Virus record (IMG/VR): IMGVR_UViG_3300036806_000429
DNA from: a virus
Reading direction: 5' to 3' (one strand)
DNA: 64,000 nt
Shown: positions 59,078 to 64,000 of the stretch, one piece after another
Numbering within the stretch: the stretch's first letter is position 1
Layout: each line of letters starts with the position of its first letter
Notes under the pieces: generated by a model
Seen by the model: only the letters and a program-made list of their open reading frames with translations
Told to the model about the DNA's origin: nothing
Databases searched by the model: none
Made by a program: the position numbers and the translations under genes

Positions 59078-60084
59078 GCGATGACTTTCAGCCGTCGTCC
59101 GGAGAACACGTCCCGGCCCCAGAACTTCTTGTAAGCGCCGCCGCGCTTCAGGAGCTCCTCGGCCATGGGAACGCCGGATGCCTCCAGAGCCTCGATGCGC
59201 GTCACGTCGGTGGTCGCCGACGTGAGGCGCTGCTTTCCCTCGTCCGTGAGGTGGTGATTCACGACGTGCAGCGGGCAGGGCGCGTGACGGTCATCCTGCG
59301 TGTAGCGGCGCCGGTTCTCCTCCATGTACACGCAGCCGGTGAAGTCGTCGCCCTTCAGGCACGGTGGCGTGACGAGCTCGCCGAAGATGGGATCCACCTT
59401 GGTCGTCAGCTCGCTGATCATCCCTTCGATCACCGGCCCCCAGATGCCCAGCTGCAGAATCCAGCAGCCGCGCTTGGAGACGATGTGTTGGAGCGCGCCG
59501 ATGTTGAGGCGCCAGCTGATCCGGTGCGTCGCGCCGAGCGGGATGAGCTCACGCGCGTCCTCCATGGGAACGCCGGCCTTGACCAGCTCGTTGTACACAT
59601 CCTGGATCATATCCATGGTGTCGTGGTACTTCATCCGCAGCGTTTGGTCGGCGTGGTCACGGACCGTCTCGGGCAGGCGGTACTGTTTCCGCTCGGCGAA
59701 GCGCCCCATGTCCTGGATGCGCATCGACTGGCTCCACCAGCTCGAGTCGGCGAGGTCGGGGATGGCCTTCACGTCCACCATGCCCATGTCCACTCCGAGG
59801 CGCTCCGGGCTCGGGCTGACGCCGATGCGATGTCGCACGGCCTGCTCGCGCCAACTCACGCTCACGCCCTCGATCATGAACACGAAGTCCACGTGCTCGC
59901 CGATCGGGATGCGCTGTGCGACGACGGCGCGGAACAGCTCGCGGACCTTCTCGGGGTCCACGTCGCGTTTCACTTCTTCGACGCTGAGCAGCTTGTTCTC
60001 GTTCTTGGACGCCTCCCAGACCACGTACACGGTTTCCAGCGGGTCTTTGGTGTGCGTCACCAGCGTTACTTTGGGTTTAGCCAT
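59074..60084 (-). CDS. thyX: ThyX-like flavin-dependent thymidylate synthase, divergent and extended
   Basis: EHVDFVFMIEGVSVSWREQAVRHR...WWSQSMRI...ARELIPLG...ALQHIVSKR follows ThyX motif order. An insertion of about 27 aa follows RHR, and there is a C-terminal extension of about 90 aa. Confidence 0.7.
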   Translation of the reverse strand: MAKPKVTLVTHTKDPLETVYVVWEASKNENKLLSVEEVKRDVDPEKVRELFRAVVAQRIPIGEHVDFVFMIEGVSVSWREQAVRHRIGVSPSPERLGVDMGMVDVKAIPDLADSSWWSQSMRIQDMGRFAERKQYRLPETVRDHADQTLRMKYHDTMDMIQDVYNELVKAGVPMEDARELIPLGATHRISWRLNIGALQHIVSKRGCWILQLGIWGPVIEGMISELTTKVDPIFGELVTPPCLKGDDFTGCVYMEENRRRYTQDDRHAPCPLHVVNHHLTDEGKQRLTSATTDVTRIEALEASGVPMAEELLKRGGAYKKFWGRDVFSGRRLKVIA

Positions 60085-61267
60085 GGCCGTTCTCCTTTTT
60101 CGTTGACGTTTGCACCGCGATGTGGGCGCGCTCGAGTCGTTCGATGCCCGTCTTGAGCATCGAGTGCGTGATGTTCAGCGGCGGCGTGAGCTTCACAGGG
60201 CCCGGCCCGTCGTGGAACACGCCAATCAGCAAGTGCTGATTCAGCGCCGCCTCCGCGAGAGCCATCGGCCGGTCGTAATCGAACGCGATCAGAGCTCCTG
60301 GGCCGCGCACGTTCCTGAAACCGGGGATGGCGCGCAGGCTACCGCGTAGGATCTTGCCGATGTCTTCGGCCGCCTCGCGGTTTTTCTTCCACCAAGACAG
60401 CATCCCTTCGACCATGCTACAGCTGAACGGGTTGCCGCCGAACGTGGAGAAGTGCGAGCCGACCGTGAATGCGTTTGCGTAGTCGCCGCGCGCGAGCATC
60501 GCCCCGACCGGCGCCCCCATGGCCACACCCTTCGCCAGCGTGACGATGTCCGGGCGGACGCCCACCCGCTGTGCGTAGGTGAACGCATCGCCGCCGCAGC
60601 GGCCCGAACCTGTCTGGACCTCATCGAAGATGAGGGCGATGTCATTCCGGTCACAGAAGTCACGGAGCTGGTACAGGTACGATCCGCCGAGCTCGTTGAC
60701 GTCGCCGTTGGCGAACACCGGCGACAGGATCACAGCGGCTGCCTTCGCGCTGAGCTCGCTGATGTCGGTGAAGTGTCGGAAGCCTTGAAGGTGCGGACCG
60801 AACCCGGTGTAATGGTACACGGGCCCGTCGCCGGCCGCCAACGCGCCGTACGTTCGCCCGTGGAAGCCCTTGCGATAGGCCCAAACCTCGTAGCGCAGGT
60901 TGTCATCGCCGGCCGAGCCGCTACGCTGGAATTGGCGGAGGCGAGCGCACTTTATGGCAGCTTCAACGGCCTCCGTGCCGGAGTTGCAGAAGAAAACCTT
61001 GTCCATTCCCACCACCTTGCACAGCTCAGCGGCGACATCGGTGCGCGTCTTGAAGGCGTAGCGGTTCGGAGCGTGGACTGGAATCCTGTTGTCCACGAGC
61101 CGCCCCAGCGCCGCCCAAGGCTCCGAGTAGCCCAGAGACGCTGTGCCGACGTCACAGAAAAAGTCCAAGTATCGTTCGCCAGTGCCGGTGAAGAGCTCGG
61201 GCCCGTCGCCGCCGCAGAACGTCGGAGCGTTCGGCGGCAACTTGATCGTGTCCATCAAACTTGACAT
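60077..61267 (-). CDS. class-III PLP-dependent aminotransferase (ArgD/GabT/omega-transaminase type)
   Basis: ATG 61267 in a TGATG overlap. FCNSGTEAVEAAIKCAR, IFDEVQTGSGRCG and TLAKGVAMGAPVGA (PLP Lys). Confidence 0.85.
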   Translation of the reverse strand: MSSLMDTIKLPPNAPTFCGGDGPELFTGTGERYLDFFCDVGTASLGYSEPWAALGRLVDNRIPVHAPNRYAFKTRTDVAAELCKVVGMDKVFFCNSGTEAVEAAIKCARLRQFQRSGSAGDDNLRYEVWAYRKGFHGRTYGALAAGDGPVYHYTGFGPHLQGFRHFTDISELSAKAAAVILSPVFANGDVNELGGSYLYQLRDFCDRNDIALIFDEVQTGSGRCGGDAFTYAQRVGVRPDIVTLAKGVAMGAPVGAMLARGDYANAFTVGSHFSTFGGNPFSCSMVEGMLSWWKKNREAAEDIGKILRGSLRAIPGFRNVRGPGALIAFDYDRPMALAEAALNQHLLIGVFHDGPGPVKLTPPLNITHSMLKTGIERLERAHIAVQTSTKKENGHG

Positions 61268-62208
61268 CAAGCTCCTGCTACTTGTTGCTGCGTTGGCTGG
61301 CTGAATCCGACGATGGAAGCGACTTGCTCCCAGTCCACCACGCGCGTCGTGCCGGGGATGGTGAGGCCTCTGTTGTGCGGCTGATCGAACAACAGCACGT
61401 TTACGCCGACGCGCGCCAGAGCTCCGGCGTTGTCGGGGTGGTCCTCCACGAACGCCACCGGCCAAGCCGGAGCGACGTGCTTGTAGAGCGCTTCGACCTT
61501 GTTCCTGTCGAAGATCAGCAGGTCGCAAGGGATCTTGTGCTTGTCCAGCCAGAAAACCGTGTCGGCGTGCAGGCGCTTGTATTGCCACTGCGGGCGCGCC
61601 GTGATGATCACGATCTTCAGGCCGGCGGCCTTCGCCGCGCGGAGCGCGTCGGCGGCGCCTGGAATGGCGTCCATCTCCCGGAAGCGGCCGCCCGCATAGA
61701 ACTGGTTCTTCATGTTCTCGGACGCTTCGAGGCGCAAGACGGCCGTCACGTCGCGGTCATCCACGATGCCCAACTCATCACGCCACGGCTGCAGGTCGCA
61801 CAGCACGTCGTCCAAGTCGCTGACCAGGACCCTCGTGTTGTTCTCGAGCTTCAGCCGCTCCTCCATCGCGCGGCGTTGCACCAGAACCGTCTTCGACGTG
61901 AAGGCGTGCACGAGCTCGACCAATGACACGCCATGAAGCTGCGCGAGCGCCAACAGCGTCTTCAGGACGTCAGCGCATTCCTCTGCCACCGCCGTGGTGT
62001 TGGGGCGCGGGGCGCGCAGGATGTGCCGCTTGTAGCCGGCGCTAAGCCGCCCGAGCTCCGTGGCCTCCTCGTGGAGGTGAAGCACCAGATCGTCGGCGAG
62101 GTCGCGCCGCTCGACGTCAGACAGGTCGTCCGGGTCGAGCCCGAGAAACTGCTGCTGCTGCGCCTGAAGACGCCAAAGGCTTTCCAGATCGTTCACGCCA
62201 GATTCCAT
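61267..62208 (-). CDS. fusion of a MazG/dimeric-dUTPase-like NTP pyrophosphatase domain with a HAD 5'(3')-deoxyribonucleotidase-like domain
   Basis: ATG 62208. N-terminal HLHEEATELGRL...AEECADVLKTLLALA. C-terminal VLVSDLDDVLCDL (DxDxV), IVIITARP and AFVEDHPDN. Confidence 0.65.
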   Translation of the reverse strand: MESGVNDLESLWRLQAQQQQFLGLDPDDLSDVERRDLADDLVLHLHEEATELGRLSAGYKRHILRAPRPNTTAVAEECADVLKTLLALAQLHGVSLVELVHAFTSKTVLVQRRAMEERLKLENNTRVLVSDLDDVLCDLQPWRDELGIVDDRDVTAVLRLEASENMKNQFYAGGRFREMDAIPGAADALRAAKAAGLKIVIITARPQWQYKRLHADTVFWLDKHKIPCDLLIFDRNKVEALYKHVAPAWPVAFVEDHPDNAGALARVGVNVLLFDQPHNRGLTIPGTTRVVDWEQVASIVGFSQPTQQQVAGA

Positions 62209-63173
62209 TCTTTCACGAGCTTTTTCGACGTGTTGAGCACCACGTCCGAGGTGGCCCGCGGATCCCACTGGGCGAAGCGCCCCAGCGGGCGGATGTTGAA
62301 CGGCCAAGCGGGCTTCGTGGCCAGCGGCAATAGGTGCCCGTTCAGGTCCTTCAGAACGCGATTCAGCGCCCAGCCCTCTGGGAAAAGAAAGTTCATCTCT
62401 GATGTGATTCGGTCGCTGGTCTTCTCCTCGTCCCAAGCGCCGTTGAACTCGCACGTGTAGCCACCATCGCGCGGCGAGAGCCTGTGGACGAGGTTCTCCG
62501 GCGTGTAGGGAGTGTACACGTAATCCCAGCGCGCGTAGTGATCCATGCGCGGGTTGGGGTCGACCATCACGAGGTTCAGCTTGGAGGCCATCGCATCGGG
62601 GAGGTCGAACCAGGACAGCTGCTTCATCACCCACAGCGGCACCGTGGTGATCATCAGGTCGTACCTGTGCACGACGCCGGACGAGCCGGTGACCTTGTGC
62701 GGTTCGATCTTGTCGGCACGATCAGGAACGATGTTGGCGCGCGCGACGAGGCGGCGAAGCGCCTGCTGCATGTCGCAGCGCAGAGCCGTTCGCGGGCCGG
62801 TCGCCTCTGGATCGTTCATCGAGCGCGCAGCGAAGGCGTCCGGCTCGATGCCACGGGTTTTCCTGTAGTGATCGTGCTGGATTCGCATCGCACGATCCTT
62901 GTCAATGCCGCGCATGCAAGCCGGGTACGGCTCCACGACGCCCTTCAGGAGGATGCCGCCCTGGACGGAATAGTCGGTGTGCGTCACCCCCAGGTCGTCG
63001 AGCATCCCCATCATCTCGTCCGTCTTGTGGAGGTACTTCAGGCCGCCCGCCATGAAGTCACCGCCGGGCCTGCCGATCTCGAGCACTTTGACATCCAGCC
63101 CTGGCACCTTCTGGAAAACCCAGGAGGCGATCAAGCCTGAGATGCCTCCGCCAATTATCAACAGCTTTTTCAT
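62193..63173 (-). CDS. FAD/NAD(P)-binding Rossmann oxidoreductase (Glf / amine-oxidase superfamily-like)
   Basis: ATG 63173 with a GGAGGA SD. MKKLLIIGGGISGLIAS is a GxGxxG dinucleotide fold. The C-terminal PLGRFAQWD recalls the Glf GRxxxYxY motif. Confidence 0.65.
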   Translation of the reverse strand: MKKLLIIGGGISGLIASWVFQKVPGLDVKVLEIGRPGGDFMAGGLKYLHKTDEMMGMLDDLGVTHTDYSVQGGILLKGVVEPYPACMRGIDKDRAMRIQHDHYRKTRGIEPDAFAARSMNDPEATGPRTALRCDMQQALRRLVARANIVPDRADKIEPHKVTGSSGVVHRYDLMITTVPLWVMKQLSWFDLPDAMASKLNLVMVDPNPRMDHYARWDYVYTPYTPENLVHRLSPRDGGYTCEFNGAWDEEKTSDRITSEMNFLFPEGWALNRVLKDLNGHLLPLATKPAWPFNIRPLGRFAQWDPRATSDVVLNTSKKLVKEWNLA

Positions 63174-63190
63174 GAAGTCCTCCATCGGAA

Positions 63191-63246
63191 TGCCCCGGGC
63201 GGGGAGGCGTAGAAATCGGCCAAGACCGCTTCCCCCGCCCGGGGCA
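63191..63246 (-). terminator. long GC-rich stem-loop between operons
   Basis: tgccccgggcgggga / tcccccgcccggggca form a stem of about 14 bp, 13 nt after the stop at 63259. There is no clear U-tract. Confidence 0.4.
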
Positions 63247-63258
63247 CCACGAATCTTG

Positions 63259-64000
63259 TTAGGGCAAGGCCAGAACCTTCCGGCGAATCGCCTTGGCGAT
63301 GGACTCTGCCACGATTGATGCGCGCTCCTTGTCGACGCCTCGGATGCGCACCTTGAAAGCTCCGTCTTTTCCTGTGTAATCCGTTGGTGCCAACTTGGCC
63401 GCGTCGGCCGCTGCCAACAGCTCCTCGTATACAGGAAAGCTGCAAGCCACCCTGATCTCGAGCGATCCGAGCGCGGCGCGGCGATACGCCGACGCGATGG
63501 CCTGTTGCTTTCGCTGTGGTAAGCGACAATACACCGCAATGTAATTGGACTTTTCCAATCTGTCAACTATGAACAGCTGGCCGGGGCGGGCCGCCGCGTC
63601 CACGTCGGCCACTTTGCGGCCCGTCTCCTCGGACAAGCGCTTCATGAACCACTGGATCAACTCGGTGGTCTTGGATTGGTCGGAGCTCGCCTGGACCGTA
63701 CGGCCGCGGTGCGCTGCACGCTTCTGCTGCTTCGTGAGCTTGCGCTGCCGCGCCGTCTCGAGCGCGGCCGGTGGGATGCGGCGCGGGTACTTCTTGGCAA
63801 CGGCGCGCGGCGGAGGCGCCTTGCGCGTCACCCGGCCGTTGCGGATGCCCCAACGGTGGATCTGCTCGCTGAGCTGGTCTTGGAAACCTTCGCTGTTGGC
63901 CAGCTTGTACTGCCGCAGCTTGGCCTTCGGTGACGGACGGAGCTCGACCAACCTGACGAAGAATTCCTGGGGGCGGCCGCTGTCGGCGAGGAGCTTTTGG
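63259..64000 (-). CDS. hypothetical basic protein; 5' end runs off the window
   Basis: The frame is open from 64000 (QKLLADSGRPQEFFVRLVELRPSPK...). The track start at 63951 is an internal TTG. Confidence 0.5.
   Translation of the reverse strand, partial: QKLLADSGRPQEFFVRLVELRPSPKAKLRQYKLANSEGFQDQLSEQIHRWGIRNGRVTRKAPPPRAVAKKYPRRIPPAALETARQRKLTKQQKRAAHRGRTVQASSDQSKTTELIQWFMKRLSEETGRKVADVDAAARPGQLFIVDRLEKSNYIAVYCRLPQRKQQAIASAYRRAALGSLEIRVACSFPVYEELLAAADAAKLAPTDYTGKDGAFKVRIRGVDKERASIVAESIAKAIRRKVLALP

Noticed and set aside
58368-63173. 2-aminoadenine (Z-base) or 7-deazaguanine DNA modification pathways
   Set aside because: I saw no PurZ (adenylosuccinate-synthetase-like), DatZ, QueC/D/E, FolE or DpdA/TGT-like sequence in the window. 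The enzymes present are pyrimidine- or thymidylate-type.
1-64000. Prophage boundaries, integrase, transposases or other mobile-element hallmarks
   Set aside because: No tyrosine or serine recombinase motifs, att-like direct repeats, IS inverted repeats or host housekeeping genes were seen. The whole window is phage-like, so integrated versus free state cannot be decided from it.

Overview
This GC-rich window, with GC3-biased codons, reads as one contiguous piece of a tailed dsDNA phage or prophage genome. No integrase, att site, tRNA, rRNA, CRISPR array or transposase was seen. I call about 100 tightly packed genes, all but three on the minus strand. Many are chained by ATGA, GTGA, TTGA or TGATG stop-start overlaps. 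The ORF track prints alternative start codons as M and often starts too far upstream, so I re-derived many starts from the DNA.

Layout, with transcription running from high to low coordinates:
- 63.6-58.1 kb: nucleotide-metabolism operon with a flavoprotein, a MazG/dUTPase-like domain fused to a HAD 5'-nucleotidase, a class-III aminotransferase, a divergent ThyX and a Tmk-like kinase.
- 58.1-45.9 kb: replication and recombination genes (DnaE, HU, possible mediator, SSB-like, RecA, SbcD, SbcC, RuvC-like).
- 44.5-41.3 kb: FEN exonuclease, family-4 UDG, dCTP deaminase and MazG.
- 41-22 kb: small unknown genes arranged in short operons.
- 22.3-21.1 kb: a 1.2 kb repeat-rich gene desert.
- 21-12 kb: more small genes, including an XRE-type HTH protein, a PD-(D/E)xK nuclease and a collagen-like lipoprotein.
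- 12-0 kb: morphogenesis module (TerL, portal, MuF-like, XkdF-like protease, scaffold, HK97-type capsid) ending in a truncated GH25 lysozyme.

The observations most worth follow-up:
1. The thymidylate-type operon carries an aminotransferase, a flavoprotein and a pyrophosphatase-nucleotidase fusion. It is a candidate for DNA base replacement or thymidine hypermodification.
2. Ten genes share an (M/V)KLxx(F/L)R N-terminus. Most also have DnaJ-type CxxCxGxG zinc knuckles, and they sit in two translationally coupled arrays.
3. A promoter-like element occurs six times, and five copies have geometry that predicts leaderless mRNAs.
4. The gene desert and a second intergenic region are packed with GGGTAAGAG/TTACCC, GTGGAAG and ATGGTGG boxes.
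5. The prohead protease fold appears split across two reading frames.

All functional calls rest on motifs I recognise by eye and on synteny. No database search was run.
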